Shown: piece by piece, positions 27,727 through 37,443 of the stretch
Layout of the letters: every line of letters begins with the position of its first letter
How positions within the stretch are numbered: the stretch's first letter is position 1
The notes under the pieces: model-generated
Seen by the model: the letters and a program-made list of their open reading frames with translations, nothing else
Told to the model about the DNA's origin: nothing
Databases searched by the model: none
Virus record (IMG/VR): IMGVR_UViG_3300035696_000012
Location: 1 to 64,000 of that record
Strand: one strand, 5' to 3'
DNA: 64,000 nt
Origin: a virus
Program-made: the position numbers and the translations under genes

Positions 27727-30700
27727 ATGGCTTTTACCGGAAAACCAACATTAGCTAATGAACTCATTCTTTGGGATGGCACTGAGTTTTATAGTGGCTA
27801 TATAACAGATAGTAACATTAGTTCTACGGCAGCCATTGCTGGTACAAAAATAAGCCCAAATTTTGGTAGCCAAAACATAAGTACAACTGGAACTTTAACA
27901 GCTGCTCAATCTACACTCGGCAGTAGTACAAGTGTAAATAGCCTATTAGGTTCTATAGTATTCACTACAAAAACTTTTTCAAGTACCGGAACCATAGATA
28001 CGTCAACAAATGACAATATAATTTATGCCGATACTTCTGGCGGAGCTTTTACACTTACCTTACCAGCACCAACCAATGGAAGATTCATAGTCCTTAAGGA
28101 CAAAAAACAAACATTCAATACAAACAATTTAACATTATCACCACATGGCGGTGAAAAAATAGACGGTGTTGCTAGTACATTAACTTTATCATCACAAAAC
28201 GAAGGTATATTTTTAACAAGCGATGGCACTGATTGGTATACATACATAACAAATACAACTGGTGGTGGGGGCGGAAGTGTCACTTGGAGCAATGATCTCA
28301 ATGGATCTAGCAGCACTCATCAGTGGGTTTCTTCAATAAGTGGAAGTGGCGGAAGTGGCGGAACTGTAGCATTAAATATCACAGCATTATCATTCGCTAG
28401 CGGTGAATCTTCTCCAACAATAAACCAAACCGTTGTTTCTGGTACTGGCAGTAATGCTGGACAAACATTAACAATACAAGCACAAGCTGGTCAAAATGTT
28501 TCTACTGGAACAAATAATTCTGGTGGTAATCTTATATTATCCTCAGGTTCAGTTGGAACAGGTGGAACTGGCGGTAGTTCAGGTAATGTTGTATTAGAAA
28601 CTGGAGGCACTTCTCAACTAACTGTATCGCCTACAGAAGTAACAATGGCTTCATTGGCTGGCGGTGGTTCACAAGCTTTCGTAACTGTTAGTACTAGCGG
28701 TGTGCTTTCTACTTCATTAGTTTTAGGTGTTAATGCTGGTGGAGATTTAAATGGTACATATCCAGATCCGTACGTTTCTTCTTTAAGCGGAGTTGGTGGA
28801 ACAGGAAACGTTATTGATATCAATACGAGTGTTTTGGAGTGGGCTTCCTCCCTTAGTTCGGTAACTTTAACACAAGCGACTACTTCAACTGCTAGTGGTG
28901 GTACTCTCAATATTAGAGGGCGAGATACTACTTTCTCTGGTCATTATGGCGCTGATGTTACAATATGTGGTGGTTGGGGTATTGGAGGACTTGGCGCAGT
29001 AAGATTACAAACTGCCACTTCTGCCGGATCCTCACCTTCTCTTGGTGGTAGTACAGATCAATTGGTTGTAACTTCTACTTCAATTGCTCTAACCCCAAAT
29101 GCTTTAACCTGGCCAAGTGGTACTGGTTATTTACAATCTAATGGTACAACTATTGTTCAAATTACATCTGGTACTGCAACAGTATTCGGTACATTAAATC
29201 AATCTGGTGGCTCTTTTTCATTAGATGGTAATAGTTCTTCATCAATAGTTACTACATCAAGTAATGCTCTAACAATAACCGCTGGCGCTGCATCAACTTG
29301 GTCAACAAGTTCTGGAGCTTTAACATTAACTTCTGCTGCTACGACAACTTGGTCAACAAGCTCCGGTACTCTTTATATAGATTCAGCTCAATATCTAAAC
29401 CTTGGTGAAACAAACGCTATAAAAATTAATATTGCACAGCCTGGAGTAAATACCGAAGTAAATGGATCATTAACTGTTGATCAAGCTACTACACTTAATA
29501 GTAGTCTCACTCAATCTAATGGCGCCGTTTCTATTGCTGGAAATGCTGCTTCGAGCATTATCACTACTGCCGGTGGATTAACTATTACTGGCGCAGCAGC
29601 GAGTACGTGGTCAACAAGCGCTGGACTATTGACAATAAATGGACATACCGGCATAGCATTACAAGATGCTGCGGTGACATATTTAACATTAACGGCTAAT
29701 CAATTACAATGGGCACAAGGTGCAAGTACACCATTAATTAATCAAGCTGATGCAATAAACAATGGAACATCATTAACTATAAACGCACAAAATGCTGGTG
29801 GAAGTGGCTACAACGGAGGTGATTTAATTCTATCATCTGGTGCTAAATCTACTGGTGGATATGATGGTTATATTTATTTAGAAGCCGGTGGCAATGTAGA
29901 AGCATTCGTTATGTCCGCTGATGCAACAAGTGCAGGCGGACTTGGTATTGGTACTACTCCTGGAAGTGATCCAACAATAACTCGTGGTACTGGTGTTCCA
30001 ACAACTACACAACCAAATGGAAGTATTTTCTTACGAACCGATGGAACTTCCTCTTCTACTATTTATGTAAGAGAAGCCGGAGTATGGAGCATAGTTTCTA
30101 GTTCCGGTACACCTAGCGGAGCTGCCGGTGGAGATTTATCAGGTACTTACCCTAATCCAACTATTGGTTCTTTGGATGGTTATTCATTACCATCACCAAC
30201 CGCTGGAGTATTAGAAGAAGTCGGTGGTAATCTAGTATGGGGTACAGTAAATCTTGCAAGTTCCACTTATGTTAGCGGTATATTACCAACAGCTAATCAA
30301 GCTGCTCAAACAATGGGCGGAGACATTAGTGGAACAACCGCAAGCGCAACAGTTATTAAAGTTGATGGTGTTTCATATCCTGCTTCACCAAGCACAAACA
30401 CAGTTCCAGTTGTTACTGCAAGTAATACTGTTACATATCAACAAATTGTTGATGCGCAAGTTAGTGCTACAGCAGCTATCGCCGGAACAAAAATAAGTCC
30501 TAATTTTGGATCACAAAACGTTGTTACAACTGGTACTGGAAGTTTTGGATCAACAACAGTAACAAGTTTACAAGATACTGGGTTATCAACCGGAGTAGTT
30601 CATAGCGATAGTAGTGGTAATTTTACATCAAGCACAATAGTTGATGCTGATATTAGTGGAAGTGCAGCTATCGAGGTTAGTAAACTACAAGCGGGAACCT

Positions 30701-32271
30701 CTGCTCAAATCCTTATCAATAACTCTACGCCAACTCCTGTGTGGGCAACAGTATCACAAGACGCAACAATAAATTCAAGTGGTCAAGTTACAGTTGTAAG
30801 TGCTCAAGGAAACTTTACAGTTGGTGGAAATTTAACTGTAAATGGTGCAGAAACAATCGTTGGTACATCAACATTCCAATCAAACGCGTCATTCGATGGT
30901 GATGTAACTGTTATGGATGGTTACTATTTACAGGCAATGACAATACAATCAGGTGGATCGGATGTATTGACAATTAATGGCGGTGGTGGAATAAATCTAC
31001 AAAACGGTGGAATAACATATTTTGAAATCGGAACTGGTGGAGCCGGAACAATTTATGTTCCAAGCGGTGTAACATTACAAGCAACTGGTACTGGTTCTAT
31101 TATAGCAAACTCTACTACTGGTGGTACTGCAGGTGGTGATTTAAGTGGCACATACCCAAATCCAACTGTTGCTAAAATAAACGGATCAAGTGTACCAGCA
31201 GGCGGATCATTAACTACTGGTAATGTCTTACAAGTTAATGGAAGCTCGTCTTTAACTTATGCACCAATCAATCTTGCTGGCGGGAGTAATTATGTTACTG
31301 GTGTACTTCCATCATCAAATCAAGCATCACAAACAATGGGCGGAGACATTAGTGGAACAACCGCAAGCGCAACCGTTGCATCACTCGATGGTTATACATT
31401 ACCTTCACCAACACCAGGCGTTCTCAAAGAAGTTGGAGGCAATCTTGTATGGGGAACGGTAAATCTAGCTAGCTCTACATATGTATCAGGAGTTCTTCCA
31501 ACTTCTAATCAAGCAAATCAGAGTTTAACATTAATTGGTGATGTTACATCATCTGGTGGAACAACAGCATCAGCAACAACAACAGTTGTAAAAATTAATG
31601 GAAGTTCTGTTCCTGCTGGTGGTAGCTTAACAACTGGAAATGTATTGCAAGTAAATGGCAGCTCAAGCCTTACTTATGGAGCAATTAATCTTGCAGGTGG
31701 ATCAGGATATATAACGGGAAATCTTCCAACATCAAATATCGCACCTGGTACATCTGGTCAAGTTTTAATGAGTAATGGAACACCGGCTACAACTTGGACT
31801 ACATTAACGGGTGATGTTACAGTAAATGCAACCGGTGGAACCACAGTAAACAGCATCAGCGGAAGCTCACCAATTGATATATCTGCAGCAACATTGAATT
31901 TTACTGGTGGAACTGGAAATCTACAATCAAACGGAACTACTATTGCCAGTATTACTTCAAGCAAATTAATAACAATTAAGGGTATTCGAAGAAATGTTAC
32001 ATCAGTAACAGCATCAACTTATACCGCATTAGTAACTGATGATATAATTGCGGCAGATCCGACAAGTAATACAATTGCAATTACATTACCATCTTCACCA
32101 ACAACTGGAGATACTCTTGTTATTAAGGATATAACTGGACAAGCAAGTACAAATAGTATAACGGTTAGTCCAGCGTCCGGCAACATCGATGGCGCTACAA
32201 GTTTCGTTATGGATATAAATTATGCTAGTATTACAGTAGTATATACTGGGGCACAATGGAATATTCTATAA
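27727..32271 (+). CDS. 1514-aa long tail fibre protein
   Basis: Ser/Thr/Gly-rich; GGDLSGTYPNPTV and GNLILSSG repeats. Confidence 0.8.
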   Translation: MAFTGKPTLANELILWDGTEFYSGYITDSNISSTAAIAGTKISPNFGSQNISTTGTLTAAQSTLGSSTSVNSLLGSIVFTTKTFSSTGTIDTSTNDNIIYADTSGGAFTLTLPAPTNGRFIVLKDKKQTFNTNNLTLSPHGGEKIDGVASTLTLSSQNEGIFLTSDGTDWYTYITNTTGGGGGSVTWSNDLNGSSSTHQWVSSISGSGGSGGTVALNITALSFASGESSPTINQTVVSGTGSNAGQTLTIQAQAGQNVSTGTNNSGGNLILSSGSVGTGGTGGSSGNVVLETGGTSQLTVSPTEVTMASLAGGGSQAFVTVSTSGVLSTSLVLGVNAGGDLNGTYPDPYVSSLSGVGGTGNVIDINTSVLEWASSLSSVTLTQATTSTASGGTLNIRGRDTTFSGHYGADVTICGGWGIGGLGAVRLQTATSAGSSPSLGGSTDQLVVTSTSIALTPNALTWPSGTGYLQSNGTTIVQITSGTATVFGTLNQSGGSFSLDGNSSSSIVTTSSNALTITAGAASTWSTSSGALTLTSAATTTWSTSSGTLYIDSAQYLNLGETNAIKINIAQPGVNTEVNGSLTVDQATTLNSSLTQSNGAVSIAGNAASSIITTAGGLTITGAAASTWSTSAGLLTINGHTGIALQDAAVTYLTLTANQLQWAQGASTPLINQADAINNGTSLTINAQNAGGSGYNGGDLILSSGAKSTGGYDGYIYLEAGGNVEAFVMSADATSAGGLGIGTTPGSDPTITRGTGVPTTTQPNGSIFLRTDGTSSSTIYVREAGVWSIVSSSGTPSGAAGGDLSGTYPNPTIGSLDGYSLPSPTAGVLEEVGGNLVWGTVNLASSTYVSGILPTANQAAQTMGGDISGTTASATVIKVDGVSYPASPSTNTVPVVTASNTVTYQQIVDAQVSATAAIAGTKISPNFGSQNVVTTGTGSFGSTTVTSLQDTGLSTGVVHSDSSGNFTSSTIVDADISGSAAIEVSKLQAGTSAQILINNSTPTPVWATVSQDATINSSGQVTVVSAQGNFTVGGNLTVNGAETIVGTSTFQSNASFDGDVTVMDGYYLQAMTIQSGGSDVLTINGGGGINLQNGGITYFEIGTGGAGTIYVPSGVTLQATGTGSIIANSTTGGTAGGDLSGTYPNPTVAKINGSSVPAGGSLTTGNVLQVNGSSSLTYAPINLAGGSNYVTGVLPSSNQASQTMGGDISGTTASATVASLDGYTLPSPTPGVLKEVGGNLVWGTVNLASSTYVSGVLPTSNQANQSLTLIGDVTSSGGTTASATTTVVKINGSSVPAGGSLTTGNVLQVNGSSSLTYGAINLAGGSGYITGNLPTSNIAPGTSGQVLMSNGTPATTWTTLTGDVTVNATGGTTVNSISGSSPIDISAATLNFTGGTGNLQSNGTTIASITSSKLITIKGIRRNVTSVTASTYTALVTDDIIAADPTSNTIAITLPSSPTTGDTLVIKDITGQASTNSITVSPASGNIDGATSFVMDINYASITVVYTGAQWNIL

Positions 32272-32316
32272 CTTATAGCTTCATACTAATGATGACATAT
32301 AATATTAGGAGTACAA

Positions 32317-32736
32317 TTGTCATATAAGGAACCAAGAGCATTAACTTCTGACTTCGGATTAATTAAATTATCCGGAGATCTTGCTGGTACTGCAGCTTCT
32401 CCTACAGTTGTAAAAATTAATACACACACAGTTGCAACACAATCTCTTGGGGCATCACAAGACGGTTATGTATTAACTTGGGTTAATGCAACATCTTCTT
32501 GGACTGCCGAAATCGCTCCCGGTAGCACTGGACCAACAGGAGCAGCTGGTGGAGATCTTGGTGGAACTTACCCAAATCCAACGGTTATAGCCATACAAAC
32601 AATACCAATTAGTTCAACAACACCAACAAACGGACAAGTATTAACATATGTCTTGTCTGCTGGAAAATGGGAACCGCAAACTGCAACTGCGACAACACCA
32701 AGTATTGCTCGCACTTTCCTCTTAATGGGAGCATAG
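32317..32736 (+). CDS. Short fibre-type protein ending FLLMGA
   Basis: GDL repeats; TTG start after AGGAG. Confidence 0.7.
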   Translation: MSYKEPRALTSDFGLIKLSGDLAGTAASPTVVKINTHTVATQSLGASQDGYVLTWVNATSSWTAEIAPGSTGPTGAAGGDLGGTYPNPTVIAIQTIPISSTTPTNGQVLTYVLSAGKWEPQTATATTPSIARTFLLMGA

Positions 32737-32745
32737 GAAAATACA

Positions 32746-33090
32746 ATGACAGATACTTTTCAAGTTTTAGGACAACTAAATATCACCACAACTGGGACTT
32801 TACAAACTTTATATACAGTTCCAGCTGCTACTTCTACAACGGTTTCTACTTTGGCAGTATGCAACCAAAATAATAGCACAATTGCTTTTAGCGTAACAGT
32901 TAGAAGTGTTGCAGGTGCAAATACTGATTTATATTTATATGGTGGTTCGGTAGCCGGTGGAATTGAATTATCTGGACCAAATACTTTTCTAGCTACTTTG
33001 GGCATTACACTTGCTACTGGAGATATTATTAAAGTTCAATCTGATACAACAAACGTAACTTTCCATGTTTTTGGTGTTCAAATAACTTAA
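32746..33090 (+). CDS. Small beta-sandwich virion protein
   Basis: QVLGQ..TLYTVPA..VSTLAVCN..FHVFGVQIT, a type commonly seen after FLLMG-ending fibre genes. Confidence 0.7.
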   Translation: MTDTFQVLGQLNITTTGTLQTLYTVPAATSTTVSTLAVCNQNNSTIAFSVTVRSVAGANTDLYLYGGSVAGGIELSGPNTFLATLGITLATGDIIKVQSDTTNVTFHVFGVQIT

Positions 33091-33145
33091 TCTCTAAAAC
33101 AGCTTTCAATATACTAAACTTTTGGTATCTAATTAGGAATAATAC

Positions 33146-35275
33146 ATGTCACAAGGCACCGCAGTAACTGTCAATAATATCAACCTAGTCTCTCTAAGTG
33201 GCGACATCACTGGATCCACTATCGACGGCTATGTTTCTTCTATTAGCGGTACTTCTCCAGTAATTATTACCCCTAACTCTTTGCAATGGGTTAGTTCAGT
33301 CACTTCTCCTACTTTGACCCAAGCTTCTTCGGCTAATCAAGGTCAAACTTTAACTATCCAGGCGCAGGGAACCGGTGGTTCCAGTACAGGTGGTAATTTA
33401 ATTCTAGCTTCCGGAAGTTCTTTATCAGGTTCCGCTGGTAACATTATTTTTCAATTGGGCGCTACCACTGGACTTACACTTTTGCCCTCTGGAACTTTAC
33501 AGTTTCCAGCTACGGCTACAGCTACTATTAACCAGGCTGCTTCAACTGGCTCCGGTGCTAATTTAAGCATCACCGCTCAATCTGCCGGTAGCGTTGGTGA
33601 CAACGGTGGTTCTTTGATCCTTACTTCAGGAGCCTCTACCACAACTGGAACTTCTGGCAATGTTACCATAAATACAGGAACTCCTGGTGCTGGCGGTACC
33701 GCAGGGAATATTCAATTCCAAGTCAGCGGCACTACACAAGCTTTCGTTAATAGCTCTGGTCTTGGTATCGGATCTACCCCTGGTACATCACCAACTATTT
33801 CTTCTGGTTCTGGTGTCCCATCATCTACTCAACCAACAGGTTCTATTTATCTCAATACAAACGGTAGTAGTAATACAGGCATTTATACTCGTTATAGTAA
33901 TATTTGGAGTTCTTCTGTTGCATATACTGGTTTGACAGCCCCAGTATCATTTACAACCAATACCAATACTAGCTCGCCTTATGTAGTTGACGTAACTGTT
34001 GGAAATGACGCAGTAATTCTACATAGTCACTCCGGCGCTCCAACGACTTATGTAATGCCAGCTCCCACTGTTGGAAGACAAGTTATTATTCGAGATATCA
34101 CTGGAACTATTGAAACAACAAATCAGACTGGTGGTTATATTACTGGAACCGCTTCTACCAGCAACGTTATATTCGTAGCTCCACACGCTGCTGAATCGTT
34201 CAATACCAGTTCTGGATATTCATTAACTGGTACGGTTACTAATTCCGCCTCTACTACCGTAACTGGTAGCAGCACTTTATTTACAAAAGAATTAGCTCCC
34301 GGTATGAGTATTACTTTCAGTAATCAATCGGGCGTCTCTTACATCGTATCATCTATAACTAATGACACTTCTTTAACTCTTACTACTGCTTTTACTGGAA
34401 CAGGTAGTTCGGGTAATACTGCTAAAATGAATAGTTTAGCCTATTATGCTAATTGGGGTACTCTTACTTTATTTAGTGATGGTACAAACTGGTTTGCTTC
34501 CAGTAATAAACCTCTTCGTGTTTATCTGACTGCTAATGGTACTTTTATCCCTTCTCCTGGTTGTACTGCAGCTTATTTAGTTGGATGTGGCGGTGGCGGT
34601 GGCGGTGGCGGTGGAACTACCAATCAAGCTGGTGGTGGCGGAGGTGGCGCAACTCAATCTACTATGACGGTTAATCTTACACCTAATATTTCTGGTGGTT
34701 ATGTTGTTACTATTGGTGCTGGTGGCACAGCCGGTAGTACTGGTGCTGCTGGTGGAGCCGGCGGTACTACTTCTTTTGGTACTACTTCCATTGCTAATTT
34801 TTATGGAGCTTCTGGCGGAGGAGCCGGTAGCACTGCTAATCAATATGCCGCAGGAGGATTATCATTTAATACAGGTATTAGTGGTAATTTGAATATTTAT
34901 TCTTCCAGTAACTCCACAGGCAATGGAACTGCAGCAATTGGATCCGGCACTACCATTACCAGTGCTAATATAACTGGCTCTACTGCTATGGGTGGATATG
35001 GTGGTAATAGCGGCGGTAGTTCAGGTGGCACAGGAATGACTAATATAAGCGCAACTTTAACTAGTTATACTGGTGGTACTGGTGGCACCGGTACGAATGG
35101 TTCTGGCGGTGGTGGTGCAGGTCCTCAAGGCAACGGTGCAACAGGTACGACTAATGGTAATCCCGGAAATACACCAAATGCTAACAGTGGTGCCGGTGGC
35201 AGTGGAGGCGGAGGCGGTGCCACTACTGGTGGAGCGGGTGGAAGCGGATATCTCTATGTATATACTTGGATGTAA
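33146..35275 (+). CDS. Tail fibre / receptor-binding paralogue 1, Gly-rich C-terminal domain
   Basis: Colinear with three downstream genes; ends GGAGGSGYLYV. Confidence 0.8.
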   Translation: MSQGTAVTVNNINLVSLSGDITGSTIDGYVSSISGTSPVIITPNSLQWVSSVTSPTLTQASSANQGQTLTIQAQGTGGSSTGGNLILASGSSLSGSAGNIIFQLGATTGLTLLPSGTLQFPATATATINQAASTGSGANLSITAQSAGSVGDNGGSLILTSGASTTTGTSGNVTINTGTPGAGGTAGNIQFQVSGTTQAFVNSSGLGIGSTPGTSPTISSGSGVPSSTQPTGSIYLNTNGSSNTGIYTRYSNIWSSSVAYTGLTAPVSFTTNTNTSSPYVVDVTVGNDAVILHSHSGAPTTYVMPAPTVGRQVIIRDITGTIETTNQTGGYITGTASTSNVIFVAPHAAESFNTSSGYSLTGTVTNSASTTVTGSSTLFTKELAPGMSITFSNQSGVSYIVSSITNDTSLTLTTAFTGTGSSGNTAKMNSLAYYANWGTLTLFSDGTNWFASSNKPLRVYLTANGTFIPSPGCTAAYLVGCGGGGGGGGGTTNQAGGGGGGATQSTMTVNLTPNISGGYVVTIGAGGTAGSTGAAGGAGGTTSFGTTSIANFYGASGGGAGSTANQYAAGGLSFNTGISGNLNIYSSSNSTGNGTAAIGSGTTITSANITGSTAMGGYGGNSGGSSGGTGMTNISATLTSYTGGTGGTGTNGSGGGGAGPQGNGATGTTNGNPGNTPNANSGAGGSGGGGGATTGGAGGSGYLYVYTWM

Positions 35276-35286
35276 AGGTCAAATAA

Positions 35287-37428
35287 ATGGCTCAAAGTAA
35301 CATAATTTTATACGGTGATGTAATTGGTAATAGCAGTAGTAATACTGTTTATTCTATTACTGGTATTTCAGCCACCTCGACCATACCAGTCAATCCAGCT
35401 ACCCTACAATGGTTGAGCACCGTTGCTTCTCCTACATTAAGTCAATTTACTAATGCTTACGTAGCAGGACAAAATCTTACTATTCAAGCACAAGGAAGTA
35501 CTTTTAATTCTGCTAATGGTGGTAATTTAGTTTTAGCTTCTGGTACTACTTCTTCTGGGACAGTTGGTAATATTCAATTACAACTTGGTAATACTACTGG
35601 TCTAACTCTTTTAGCTACTGGAACTTTACAATTTGGAACGGCAATTACTGCTGGTGGTATTAGTCAAGCATCTTCTTCTGGAACCGCTACTAATCTAAAT
35701 ATCACTGCCCAGTCTGCTGGAGGTTCCGCTAATAATGGTGGTGCGTTAATTTTAACTTCCGGAGCCTCTACTACGACTGGCACTTCCGGTAACGTTACTT
35801 TCAATGCTGCTACACCTGGCACAAGCGGTACTACTGGAAATATTCTCTTCCAAATAAGCGGTACCACTCAGGCTTTCGTGACTGGATTATCATCAAGTAC
35901 TGGTTTAGGCATCGGATCTACTCCTGGCACCTCTCCTACCGTTACCTCTGGATCTGGTACACCATCTACCACTCAAACCAGTGGATCTATTTACCTAAAT
36001 ACTAGTACCACTAATACGGGTCTGTATACTCGACAAAATAGTGCCTGGTCCCAATTGATTTCATCAAGTGTTAGTACATTGACAGCGCCCGTTACCGAAG
36101 CAATTTCTACTAATACCTCTCATAGTATTTATACTGTCGATAGCACTACTGGAAGTTATGATGGAGTTATTCTTCATAATCGTTCTGGATTTACCACTTA
36201 CGTGATGCCAGCCCCTACAGCTGGACGACAAATTATTATTCGAGATATCACAGGAAGTATTGAAACTACAGCCACCAATGGAACTAATGCTAATACCGGT
36301 TTTATTACTGGAACTGGCACTAATAGCAACACCATTTTTATAGCTCCTCACGGCACCGAATCATTTAATACCAGCTCCGGTTTTGTTTTGAGTGGAGTTG
36401 GCACTTTCAATGTTACCAACGGTTCTGCCACTGTAACAGCAACCGGATCTTCGTTCACTACTCAATTAGCTCCCGGAATGAGTATCACGTTCAATGCTCA
36501 ACTAGGTATTTCTTACACGATTTTAAGTATAGCTTCAAATACTTCTCTAACTTTAGCAACTAATTATACTGGTACTACTACCACTATTTCTAGTGCTACT
36601 ATGAATAGTCTAGCTTATTATGCTAATTACGGTACTCTCACTCTAATTAGTGATGGTACAAATTGGTTTGCTTCCAGTAATAAACCTCTTCGTGCTTATC
36701 TAACCGGTAGTACGGGAAGCTTTTTTGTTTCTCCGGGTATTACCAATGCTTTCATAACTGCCGCTGGTGGTGGAGGTGGCGGAGGAGGAGGAACTTCTAC
36801 CGGTAGTGGAGGCGGTGGAGGAGGTGGAGCAATTCAATCTACTACTAATATTTCTGTAACTCCAAATACTACTTACGGTGTAACTATTGGTGCTGGTGGA
36901 ACAGCTGGTAGTACTGGTGCTGCTGGTGGAACTGGTGGCATAACTTCTTTTAGCTCTTTAGCTTATTTCTATGGTGCTTCTGGCGGTGGATTTAATTCGA
37001 CAGGAGCAACTTATGCCTGTGGTGGATATCCATTTACTAGCAATGGTTCTACCAACGTATATTCTTCTGTGGCATACGCAGGTACTGGAGCAATTTCTAG
37101 TGCTAATCCTACTAACATTACTTCTAGCAGTTTATTTGGACAATTATCTATGGGAGGTTCCGGAGCTTACAGCAGCGCAACATCTTTTGCAGGTTTAGAA
37201 AATACTACCGGTAATGGCTCTTATATTGGTGGTGCAGCCGGTGGTACTTCTGGTGGTGGTGGCGGTGGCGCTGGACCTCAAGGAACAGGAGCAGCTGGCG
37301 GTGCTTCTGGAGTAGGTGGATCATCTGCTGGCAATAATACAGGTGCAGGTGGTGGAGGCGGAGGCGTGGGCTCAACTTCTGGTGGAACTGGTGGAAGCGG
37401 ATATCTATATCTATTAATGTATATGTAA
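35287..37428 (+). CDS. Tail fibre / receptor-binding paralogue 2
   Basis: Same architecture; ends GGTGGSGYLYL. Confidence 0.8.
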   Translation: MAQSNIILYGDVIGNSSSNTVYSITGISATSTIPVNPATLQWLSTVASPTLSQFTNAYVAGQNLTIQAQGSTFNSANGGNLVLASGTTSSGTVGNIQLQLGNTTGLTLLATGTLQFGTAITAGGISQASSSGTATNLNITAQSAGGSANNGGALILTSGASTTTGTSGNVTFNAATPGTSGTTGNILFQISGTTQAFVTGLSSSTGLGIGSTPGTSPTVTSGSGTPSTTQTSGSIYLNTSTTNTGLYTRQNSAWSQLISSSVSTLTAPVTEAISTNTSHSIYTVDSTTGSYDGVILHNRSGFTTYVMPAPTAGRQIIIRDITGSIETTATNGTNANTGFITGTGTNSNTIFIAPHGTESFNTSSGFVLSGVGTFNVTNGSATVTATGSSFTTQLAPGMSITFNAQLGISYTILSIASNTSLTLATNYTGTTTTISSATMNSLAYYANYGTLTLISDGTNWFASSNKPLRAYLTGSTGSFFVSPGITNAFITAAGGGGGGGGGTSTGSGGGGGGGAIQSTTNISVTPNTTYGVTIGAGGTAGSTGAAGGTGGITSFSSLAYFYGASGGGFNSTGATYACGGYPFTSNGSTNVYSSVAYAGTGAISSANPTNITSSSLFGQLSMGGSGAYSSATSFAGLENTTGNGSYIGGAAGGTSGGGGGGAGPQGTGAAGGASGVGGSSAGNNTGAGGGGGGVGSTSGGTGGSGYLYLLMYM

Positions 37429-37443
37429 ATGAGGAATGAGTAA

